From the NCBI GenBank assembly GCA_002269645.1, contig NIVC01001089.1:372001-436000 (forward strand): a DNA stretch of 64,000 nucleotides, written 5' to 3'. This stretch comes from Macrostomum lignano (taxonomy: Eukaryota). Within the stretch, counting starts at the first letter, position 1, and the number at the start of each line of letters is the position of its first letter. Made by a program: the position numbers and the translations under genes. This document shows positions 53,184-64,000 of this stretch, piece by piece. Below the pieces are notes generated by a model. That model did no database searches and was not told the origin of the DNA. It saw nothing but the letters and a program-made list of their open reading frames with translations.

Positions 53184-56035
53184 TCACATCATCTCAAAAT
53201 CGGCGGTGCCTCCACGAGTAGAATTTCCCAATTCACCAGTGGCCACTCGTCCTTGTCGAATTCCCAGCGGGTCAAGTAGCAGCCGACGCATCACATGGCT
53301 GTAGCCGCGTCTGAACTCGCGGTTGGTGACGCCATATAACAGGAAGTTAAGTGACGAATTCACGTGGGCCAGCAGAACGGCGTAGGCGTGAGCGTGAACG
53401 GGCATGACGTCACTGATGTCCAGCAGCACCAACAGTCCGTACGGCGTCCACAGGACAACTAGAGAGGCGAACGCCAAGAATAGAGTCCGCGCCAGACGAA
53501 CCGACGAAGCTCGAGCGCCGTTCGATCCGCCGTCGTTGTTGTTTGAGTCGCCGATTCGTTTCGAATGGCTTCTCACAAACAAGAAGATCGCCGCGTAGCA
53601 GGCGGCGATGACGCAGCTCGGGATGCCGACTCCGATGGAAATCAGCAGCGTTGTGTAGACTCGATTTGCCATCCGATTAAACAGGCATTCAAGGTTCTTC
53701 CTGTCGAAAATGTGGCCGTCCATGATGATATAGTTGTGCAGCTCCATTACCCAGCTGGCCAGCCAGAGGCAGACAATCATGATGGCAGTGTTGCGCTTAG
53801 TGTAGATTTTCTTGTACCAGCGGAACTGACAGATGCAGACGTAGCGGTTTATGGCGATGCTGCACAGGCTGAGTAGCGAGCAGAAGCAGGAGACGAGACA
53901 GAGCGAGCCGATGGCTGTGCAGAGGGCCGGACGGTCAGTGAAGTAGATCTCACCCATGAGGATGCCTGTTGGTATGAAATTAGGTATTTACCCCGTTAAA
54001 TGCATCATCAGCCTCAATTCCGCACCAAACTGACTGCTAGCAATTGATACCTTGTCGGATCAGTTAAGTAGAAACGCCGATCCTAACTAGGGTCCCTTCC
54101 TTGGCTCCCGGATGATGAAGGAGATAGTTCGAAGAATAGGATTTCAAAAGACCGGATATTAAAAGCGCGTGATCGAATTGCTTCATGGCCTAGCTCGCCC
54201 TTCCGCACCAGATCGAACCAGATCAAAGTTGACCTTTATCAAGGTGGCTATAATATACAAATTTCGAAATTTAGCATCATCATATCGACAGATTGGAGGT
54301 ATTACAGAAAATCTGCAGTCAAATTAAGGTAAATTTTATCTGGGCTTGAGAAATCAGCTTAATGAGTGATAAGGCATAGCATTAACTGACCGGATATAAT
54401 AGTGTACAAGGGCAGACAGCTCTCGTCATCGCGACCCGTGGTTCGATTCAGTGGAGCGGCCACATTAATTTGGGCTTGTACAGTAAAATTGGCGAGCGTG
54501 TGCCTGAGTGCATGCCTGCACAGGAATCAACGGAACATGGTTTGTTACATGGTTATGGGACTATGTCGCCGAAGGCGTTGTGTAAGGCTATATTCTTCAC
54601 AACAGGAAGTCGGCGGTCGCGTATGCTTTGTTAGCTAGAAAAGTGATTGTGATTGTTGACTAAATGCACCAAAAGATATTGAAGATGTCAAAACTGAGTA
54701 CTTGTGAACGGACTCCTGATAGCTGAGTTTTCAGCTTGCAAGAAGGTCTGCATCTGTATCCAAGAAATCGATTAACATCTTGCAACACACTCAGTATTAA
54801 AGATGTTTGCTCAGTGAGCATGGCTGAATCGAAGACGCTGAGTTGCATGCAACACGCAAACAGCTCCTCGTTATGGTTGCATTAGTTGGGAGCAAACAAT
54901 GTCCGTGCATGCATGGTATCTACATAAAAAAGATTGGACCCTAGCCTTGCATATATGCGACTGACTGCTTGGCCAGAAAAACAATTCTATTGTGGGTTTG
55001 AATGATTTAGAATTAACAAAGGAGAATTGTTTACATAAACCTGCTCATAATCTAATGCACTCTTGAATGGCCGAAGCAGAAATTTTGTTCATCTTCATTG
55101 CCCCAGGTGTTTGGAAAGGATGTTTTCAGGCATCAATGTTTTCAATGTTTTAATTGTATTCAATGTTTTAATTGTATTCAATGTTTTCAATTGTTTTTCA
55201 TCCATTTATTACATGCGTTCCCTGTCCTGTGTCCTAAAAATACCTTCTAATCCACTTGGAAGCTATAGTGGCCACTGATCTTAGCGACCTTGAAATTTCA
55301 TCAGCACGTCAATCAAGCGTCTGCAGTGTGTGACTTTAGTTGGAGCTTCTGAACCTTCAACAATTGGCAAAAGGTGACTGACTATATAGAAAAAACTCAA
55401 GTGCCTTGAGACATAGTCATTGTCCCGATTTAGTCGGCGTCTGCATCAGGTGATAATACTAGTAGGTGACTATGGACATCCCGGTTGTGACAATGTCCAA
55501 CTTTTATGATCAAGCCTCGACATTCGGGCAAAACTCAAACTGCTAGGAATATTTAACTAGTCTGTGAAGCAGTCATGCAGTCATCTTGCCATCCGCAGAT
55601 ACAACAGGTGTGCACTTACCCACAATGCCAAACGGGTTGGACATAATGGTGATGAGCAGGTCCGATACGGCCAGGTTGACAACGAATGCGTTTCCAGCAA
55701 TGCGCAAAGGCTGAAATCGTAAGAAAAGCCGATCACTCACTATTCAAGTTGACTCATAAGCATGAATCATTAACAAAAGCAATCTTAATATGCACCTTCC
55801 ACATGGCGACAGAGCAGATTACCAGAATGTTTCCGCAGGTGCCAAACACTGACCCGAATACGAGCAGCACCATTGCTGGATAAACAATCTCTGTGGGATT
55901 TGGTTGAGATAAAATTGTCCTCTTACTCATTGAAGCTACAACAGCAAGCAAGTAGGACTCACCAGGATAGCTCAATGCGGACCAAACAGCCACGGAACTT
56001 CCATTGATTCCTGGAATCAGGCTGCCAGCTTCCAT
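53184..56035 (-). CDS. Rhodopsin-family GPCR, melatonin-receptor-like
   Basis: Exons 56035-55796 (TM1 GNILVI), 55710-55620 (TM2 NLAVSDL) and 53965-53184 (IAINRYVCIC, WxPY, NSSLNFLLYG..NREFRRGY). NRY in place of DRY and YKKIYTKRNT fit melatonin-type receptors. Confidence 0.85.
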
Positions 56036-57169
56036 GCTGATAAGAATCTCTACTGATTAAACTCTGAAGAAAAACAGCAATTATCATCAATAACGCTTGA
56101 TGAGGCTAGCTAGTTATTCAAAATTTTATCTACATGTACGGAATCGAAGGAGCCGCAATTGGACGATTCAGAATAAGTACAAGCCAATGAGATTTTGTCG
56201 TTTATTCTCATCAGATTCTGAGCTGGAGATAACCGAAGATATGCGATGCTATTAGGCCGGCAATTATGAGTACCTTTTCTCTTCTAGCGTTTCATTTTGC
56301 TGACGCGGAATCAGCCAACTATATAATTAGCAAATTAATTGGTAAATTTTCAATTATTTCATCTTTACGACAGCTGAAGAAAAGCGGTTCGCGCGATTCT
56401 GAACTCATTGATCTCAGAGCACGGACGTCCGTTGAAATATTAGATACCGTATATAAGAGGTCCAGAACTATGCAGCACCAATGACAAAGCAAAATCGAAT
56501 TTCTAAATTTCGAATTAATGTAACGATATATATCCAGTTCGACGATAAACTCATGTGCACCTCACAATATCGAAAGTCTAGCTTTGTCAAAACATTGTGA
56601 ATTACATGTAAGTGCTGCATGTAAGGCTGGATGAGTATTTAATGACGTTTGAATGTCAGAAAAAAGTTACGTATCCGGAATTTTTATATCTGCTAAAAAC
56701 CACATGCAATCATCCCTAATTGCTACTAAAAAGACCTAGCTCATTGAAAAAAATTCAATATGGGTCTCTAATTGTCCAAGCTTCATCATTAAAAATCATT
56801 GATTAATTCTGTCGTCACGACTGCTCAAAATCCCAGCCAGCTACGTGTAATTCGTGCTTCCGGGATAGCTCGTAATTACAGGATCTGAATGGTTTTCTGC
56901 CGATACCGAGGACGCGGAGTACTTTTTATCTATATAATTAGTCTGCTTGACGCACGAAGAAATTGTCTAATTGCAGTATGGCAGCTACTCAAATCAGATT
57001 ATTGGAGATGGAGATTGTTGACAAAACTTTATAAGTCCACGAGAGAGAAAAATATAATTACCGAGTATCATCTACTTTCTTGCTTTTGGACCCAATTCTG
57101 AACGACTGGTAACTGGTAAATCTGGTGTGTACAGATCGGTGTGTGCAGACACATATCATATATACATGC

Positions 57170-58719
57170 ATGTCTGTTGACGACGCCGTTTTTGACGACG
57201 CCACCCGAAGCGTCACCTCTGCGGGGCTCGACCAACGAAATCGGCTTATCTGGCCCACGATCAACTCCCTAACTGGCCGCAAGAAGAAAATGGCGCTGAA
57301 CTTGACCGGCGATACACCAGAGGCGCGCAGAAACGAGCTGCGCGACTTTTTCGCTGATATTGTCAACGCGCCGCCACCGCCTCTGCCAGAAGCGATGCCA
57401 TTGCCGCTCGAGACGGCGCTGCCGTAGAAGTAGGATTTCAACACTCAGCCAGTGACCAGCAACGACGTAGTGCAGTTCGCTTGCCAGGCGCCGGGAGGTA
57501 GTGCCCCGGACCCGACGAGGTGCTTATCGAGGCGCTGCGAGTCACAAGGGTCGCCACTGAGGTGGCTCGTGTGATAAACGGCGTCCTCTCTTGAGGTGGA
57601 GGCCGCGCCCCGCGAGTGGGCAACTGCGCACATCGTCGCGATTCCAAAGAAGACAGACACGACACGGAAGAAGGAGAACAGGGGGATCTCGCTTATGTCC
57701 TGCGCCGCAAAGCTTTAGCCTGTGCTGGACCATTTTCTGCACCCTGAGCATGCAGAACGGATTCCGCCCACATCGAGGTACAGTGACGCAGATTCAGTAG
57801 CCCTCCGCCGCATCATCGAGGAGGCGCGGATCAATCAGTCAAGTCTCGTGGGGATCTTCGTTGATTTCCTCAAGGCTTTCGACTCGTTGGTTTGCGGCGC
57901 GCTGCTTCGCGCATACAATGTACTGGAGCAACTGATTTTCGCCATCATGGCGATGTATCAGGACACGACCGCTTCGGTGATGACGCGAGATGGACTGTCG
58001 GACCAATTTAGCACGGTTGTCAGGCGTGCTGCAGGGTGCCTTTCCTGCTTGTGCTGGCACTGGATTGGGTGCTGAGAACCAGCCTGCTCAACACGGATGA
58101 TGGCTTCCTGCTGCGAAGACGCACGAGTATGCGGCACCCGGAGAAGCGGCTCTCCGATATCGGCTACGCGGACGACCTCGCGCTGCTGTCATCGACGGCT
58201 GAAGGCGCCCAGCGGCTGCTGGATGGATCGGGAGTCCGCCTCAATCGAAGACGGTAGTCTTCACGGTGCCTTCCGACCTGCCAGCCGAGATCAATTACAC
58301 CGAGACGCTGCCGGGGATGCAGTCGCTTACCTGTTGCCTGCGGTTCCTGTATCTCGGCGGCCTCGGGCCGGACGTTGCTGACGACCCGGTGAGACGCTGA
58401 GACCTGGACCCTGACGGACGCTTTGGAGAGGCAGCTGGACGCTGCGCATGCGGCCATGCTGCATGCGGCGCTCAGAGTGCGCAGCGGTCCAGGCAGCAAG
58501 ACCAGCGAGATGCTCTACGCAAGGGCGCGCCTGATGCGGCCTTCTGACCTGCTGCGCTGGCGGCGACTTCAACTGGCTGGTCACGTCATCAGGTCGGCCT
58601 CCGCTGCCCTGAGCCGCAACCCGAAGAGCTGATGCTCAAGCTGCATGGGACCGCGCAGGGTAAGGCCAAGGACGCGAAAGACGAGATATATCCTGACAGG
58701 CTTAATTTGACCGATGCTG
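57170..58719 (+). mobile_element. Decayed non-LTR retrotransposon (RTE-like), RT region; 5'-truncated and interrupted at 58719
   Basis: APGPDEVLIEALR, GIFVDFLKAFDSL, FLLVLALDWVL and IGYADDLALL, with frameshifts. Confidence 0.88.
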
Positions 58720-61700
58720 CCCGATCAAAAAAAGTTGGCTTAATTATGTCTTAAAGATGTCTTGCATAAGACAGAAAGATGTCTTCAAGACATCTTACAA
58801 TTGACTTAATTCGGTCTAAAAATTGGCTCCTTGCAACACTTGTAGACAACTTAGAGATAACTTAAAGACGTCTTCAGACATCTTCAAGACATCTTAAAAT
58901 CTACTTAAAGACATCTTCCAGATGACTTGCAAAAGACGTCTTGCCCAAGATCATTTTAGAAATGCTGTTGCCATTGCAATCACAGTTGTTTAAAAGAAAA
59001 ATGACTAAAAATATTACAGCACTCTATTGTTTCGTTTCAGGCAATATTGATATGAAAGAGAAGCTATTTAGTAGGCTTCTAAACATGGTTCAATGTAATT
59101 TATGATTTATGATTTATATTTTCATTTTATAAAAGGCACAGTTTAAAAGTCACTGAAGCAATAAAAAGGTGAATCAAAAACAAGTTAAAATACACTAAAT
59201 AAAAATGCAAAAATACTCAAGTGCAAGTGTATAATTTTATAATGCATCATACCCAGTCATTGCATGGAAATACTTGGTTAATGCAATAATGACTAAGTTG
59301 CTCATTGCTTGGTGGAAAACTTGCTGTAAATTGATCCTTTGCTAGCCAACTACTAGTTTAGAATTGGCTCAATCCAGGAAGATTCAAGATCCAGGTTAGC
59401 TTCCACTATGATGGATAGCATGTGTTGATAAGGCTGAAAAGGATAAGTTTAATAAAGGTTATAGTTTATAGGTTGTTAGGCTGAAATAATTTGAAATTCA
59501 TAAGTAAAAAAACAATAAATATTAAATAATAGATTATTATACTAATATACTTTAAAAATCTAATAAATAAATTGCCTAGGCCCCTACTATATATTCACAC
59601 AAGTGTATCATACAATAACTTTGCCTTAGGCTTAAATACATAGGCTAAAGCTTAGGGCCTAATCTCAAAGCAAAATAAAAAGATTAGAATATCAATTTTA
59701 TATAAAACTTCTAGGCATACTAACTCTATTTATTCTCTATTAGGCCTAATCCAATTTTTGAATGTGATATAGGCCTAATATTAAATTATAAGGCTATATC
59801 TATTTTTTATTTAAATTTTCATTGGCCTAGCCAAGAAAAAAGCACTAATGACTAGGCCTAATATTCAAAATATTGATATATTGAAAACATCATATATATG
59901 CCATTAGCCAATAATAAAGGCAAAGAGGAAGCAACATATAAAGGCCTATAGGCCAAGGTTTTCTTTTTTGCCAGAGACAAGGTGCAAAAGTGCACTCTAT
60001 ACTCATTTTTATAGTGCAATTTTAAGGCTCAAAGTGCAATTTCTTATTTTTCTTATTTTAGGGCAATGCAAATGAGGCTTCAAGTTTAACATAAAAACAG
60101 GTTATAAGACTGTCCCTAAATTGCAATTTTCAATTTCTGGGTGCAATTTTAAATTAAAAGTGCGTATACACACTCTACATATAAAAAATGAACCTAGCTA
60201 TTGGCTCATGGAAATTATTTATTACTTTTGACATAAAAATCAAAACAAAAACTATTTAGGCCTAAGGAAGAAGCTAGGGCCTATCTAAGGCTAAGAGGCC
60301 TACAACAGAACAAAATAGCCTAATAAGCCAATTCAACAACTATAAAACTTTGACTTTAAAAAGCCAGAAGTAAATAAAACATATATTTTTAGTTTTAGGC
60401 CTAGTACATGGGCCTCTAGTTAATGCCTGAATCTTTTAAGGCCTAACTTAAAATGTAAACATGACTATGCATTAGTTAACTAGTGCTTACTAGTGCTAGG
60501 CATAGCAATAGATATGCAGTAGGCCTAACTAAAAAAACATTGCATCCAAGGTCCAATTTAAAATTTTAATTTTTGAGTCAGGATGTTACATAGCATTTCT
60601 ATTGCCTATTGCATAAAAACATTTCTGGCCAATCTGGGTTTTTTGCTGGTACCTGGCACTAGAATATGAAATACAATCCTAGAAGCTATCCAAGGAAGAA
60701 TTAGTAAAAAATACTACTAGGAAGGTCTAATTTGAGGATAGTAGATGTAGCTCGTATCATCACGAATAGTAATACACTATCGCATTAAGTAAAGATAAAT
60801 CTAGGGTAGGGCTTACACCAGAAATCTATATAGGCTATAGCAGCCAATGAAAAATTGAAACTTATCACAAAAGATAGAAGCAAGTGTTCGACAATTAGGC
60901 GGCCTTCACGGGGCCTTTTCATATTGCTTGTTCTGGTTCCAGAACCAGAACCAATTTGTGAAGTATAACTTTTTGTCTCCATAACTAGAGGGAGATACGT
61001 GCTATAAAGTTTTTATTATTGAATGACAATCGCCAAGAAGAAAGTGAAAAATCGTGCTAAGGGAGCTTGTTAAGGCAGTCAAACATTCAACAGAATTAAA
61101 TAGTTATACTGCTGTTTTTCTTGGAAGATCCGAACCGATTCTGATTCTGGAATTGGTTATATGAAAAGCCTCACGGTCACAAGGTTGTCTTTTGGTCCTT
61201 TTTAAAAAATGTTGTTCCGCCATATTGATTTTAGCTGTTTTTAACAAAAGCATCACCGATATATATTGCAACTTTGTCTTTTTTAATGCTTAGCTGTTTA
61301 GAATTTTGTAAATATATTTGCTCCAATCAAAACTGTTGTAGTTAAACTTTGTCTTAGAGTTTGTAACGACTTAATACAAAAAATTGCATATAATTGCACT
61401 CCAAAAGCGTAAAGGATTTTTAATAATAGGCACACCTTCCACAGACTACAATACAACAAAATTTTTAGATAAATGTCACAATAGTTGCTTGTTTTATTTT
61501 TTATTGATTTTAACAATCTGGATAAATTTGTATCTGAAACTTCCTACTTACAGTAGAAACAGTTGTTTATGTAAATTTTTAGTCTTTAAGGTGATGTCTT
61601 AAAGATGTCTTCAACAAGACATCTCATAAAAGTCAATTTCAAGTCATCTTCAAGACAACTTTATCAGGATAGCTTGTGGAAGCAAATTGTTGAAGATATC

Positions 61701-61777
61701 TTAAAATTGTCTTGAGGTGTCTTTAGCCATCTTAAGACAATTCTAAGACGTCTTAAGACAACTTCTTTTTGATCGGG
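58720..61777. mobile_element. Non-autonomous TIR DNA transposon (CMC/EnSpm-like) with a 2-bp TG target-site duplication
   Basis: Left CCCGATCAAAAAAAGTTG, right CAACTTCTTTTTGATCGGG, flanked by TG on both sides; dense subterminal AAGACATCTT/AAGACGTCTT repeats at both ends; no ORF. Confidence 0.85.
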
Positions 61778-61910
61778 TGGCGCCCCGGACCAAGCTGGGG
61801 GTGTGACTTTTAGAGAGCTATGGCCCAGAGACGCGCTCTCTGACTTCTCTCCCCCTTTCTGGCCTCTGTGTGGATGGCGGGTGAAGTATTTTTGTCGTTG
61901 TTGTTGTTCT
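61778..61910 (+). mobile_element. 3' end of the same RTE-like LINE
   Basis: Removing the TIR element and one TG restores GATGCTGGCGCCCCCGGACCAAGCTGGG (DAGAP...); ends near a GTT-repeat tail. Confidence 0.6.
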
Positions 61911-62809
61911 GTGCATGCAGAATAATCTTGATGGCCAAAAATATTGTGACTGTATAATAGAACGAGAGGGATATGCGTCTCAGATTGAGCAGTTTGTGCA
62001 ACTCGGCCCTTGTCATGAAAGAAGACTGCTGGCATGTACAACTGATCCCTATGAAATCGAAATTAATTTTAAGGACTGATAAAAATCTCTGGAAGCTGGT
62101 AACTACTTTCGCATGGGCAGCATATCTCTCTAATGCTCCAATCTCTAATCTCTAATTTCCTTGTAGCTTAAGGTTAATTTTGACCTTAAGCTACAAGAAA
62201 AATGTTTCTTAGTCCTTTCTTTCTATTTAGTAAGCTTTTATTTCCAAAAACACGACTGTTTGACGTCTAATGAAATACGTTTCTTACGGCTTTTATCATT
62301 ATATAACAACAAAAAGCACAAATAAGATACAAAAGATCTATACTTCTGATCTGTAAAGATACATATAATTTAATTTAATTTTTTTAATAATTTATAATAG
62401 CAAATAAATTTACAAAAAAATTGTTGATACAGAAACTGCAGAAGTTCGGTTTAGTTAAACACTTGTGATTTAATAACTCGACACCGGCTCTGATCTGTGT
62501 TTCTGGTAATTGAACGCTTAATTATATTTCGTATACTTTGGCTTTTACTACTAGTGAGTATTTTTGTTTTTATAATTTAGACTTCAAATTACGTCTTTAA
62601 GAGAAGTCTATGCTGCTCTAGAATTAAATATTAACGATTTATACGACTAAGGCAGTAATGGGAACGCTAGCTACTGTAGAGTGTAGAAGAGGGTAGACGG
62701 TTGTTCTTGGTGGAATGATAATGGTTGAAAATTGTTACTAGCTAAAAAAGCACACATTAATATATAATCTTTCAAAATAGAATGCCCAAATCGAATATTT
62801 TTCAGCACA

Positions 62810-64000
62810 ATGAGCTCAAAAGGAACTCAAACGAAGAAGGGAGGAAAGAAGAAGCACAAGAAGATGACACGAGCAGAGCGAGCACAAGTAAGTCAAAACT
62901 CCTGTGCTTTTAGCTTAAACACCATGTATAACTATAACTATTTAATGGGTCTATAATACTTTTTTGTAAGTATTTAATAAGTAAATAGAAAATTCAAATT
63001 GTGACAACTAAATGGTGACAACGATACGAACACGGAGTAACAGCAAAGATCCTACATTTCGCACTGTAATATTAGATTCTGATAATGTATACAACAATTG
63101 CGGTAAGCTTACCGCATTATCTTTGCATAAAGTTTAACTACTGACATTGAAAATTGTACCAATTTTAGGCTGAAAAGGCGGTAAGTGAAGTTTATACTAT
63201 ACTTTTTACTGTTTATATTTTTCTAATTTGTAATTAGCTCTTTAGCTTTTTCATACTTTATAAAGAATGTTTTACCCAAATTTCTGCACTTCATTATATT
63301 TCTTTATTCATTCCTTTGAATTTGCCTACATGCCTTGCCCTTGCCCTTGTGTGTTTGCATTAATTATTTGTGTAGTATTGTGCACAAAAATTTCACCTTT
63401 ACAATATTTCTGGTATTATAGATTTAAGGATTTGTAGAAAACAAGTTAGTAAAGAGTAAAAGTCTGTTAATATTCATAAAAATTATGTCACGTCATATAT
63501 AAGTCTAACGAAGTTTGTTCTATTTTAATTTAATAATTTAAATACACATGTTTTTGCAAGTAATTTGTTATTAATATCTGTTTTGTTGCTTCTATCTCAT
63601 AAATCATGTACTTTCATATTTTTTGAAGATATGCTAGTATATTAAAGCTGTTCTGTGGAAGTATTAAAATGCTTACTATCGATGTTATTCCTTTTTTGTT
63701 TAGTGTGCAAATAAAAATTACTCCATTTATGAGTTCTGTTTTTGTAAAGTTTGTGACATATACTCAAGTTTTCTTGTAGCAGTTATTGTTTTCCGACGCA
63801 TTTTTATTATCTGAAAGTAAACATTAAAAAACACGAGCCAAATTTATAACATACTAAAATATGTTTATGCATTTACTAGGCTCAACTCGCCAAGATGATG
63901 GAAGGCTACAAAGCTGACCAGCAGCGCTACAAAGAGTTTGTCAACCGGGTGGACAATTGGTTCACCCAGAATTGCAAAGTCATGCTCGAACTGTTCACTA
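62810..64000 (+). CDS. 5' end of an unidentified protein (basic N-terminus; possibly EF-hand family), running off the window
   Basis: Exon 62810-62887 (MSSKGTQTKKGGKKKHKKMTRAERAQ|gtaagt) joins in phase 0 to exon 63880-64000 (AQLAKMMEGYKADQQRYKEFVNRVDNWFTQNCKVMLELF). Confidence 0.7.

Overview
Eukaryotic (animal) genomic DNA with short GT-AG introns, extreme tandem-repeat content and decayed transposons. The overall style (GACA/GATA-filled introns, A/G/Q-rich proteins) suggests the flatworm Macrostomum or a similar invertebrate; this is inference. From 1.5 to 23.3 kb on the + strand is a head-to-tail cluster of single-pass surface-receptor genes that I rebuilt exon by exon. Two paralogues are Ig-like receptors with conserved tyrosine/proline signalling tails (A partial, B complete with 12 exons). 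Between them lie two paralogous CUB + degenerate C-type-lectin + TM genes whose CUB loop carries a conserved R-x-x-R|S furin-like site, plus an orphan Ig-like exon. From 27 to 41 kb on the - strand are RASSF8-like, TEX2 and NDUFA6, with most introns filled by a different minisatellite. Then come a CpG-depleted AT-rich block with a MITE, a decayed Mag-type Gypsy element, an intronless EPN C-type lectin/PAN gene and a melatonin-receptor-like GPCR. A decayed RTE-like LINE is split by a 3-kb CCC...GGG TIR element with a TG target duplication, and one more gene starts at the right edge. The very long ORFs in the supplied track are artefacts of tandem repeats. All domain names come from motif recognition by eye, not from database searches.
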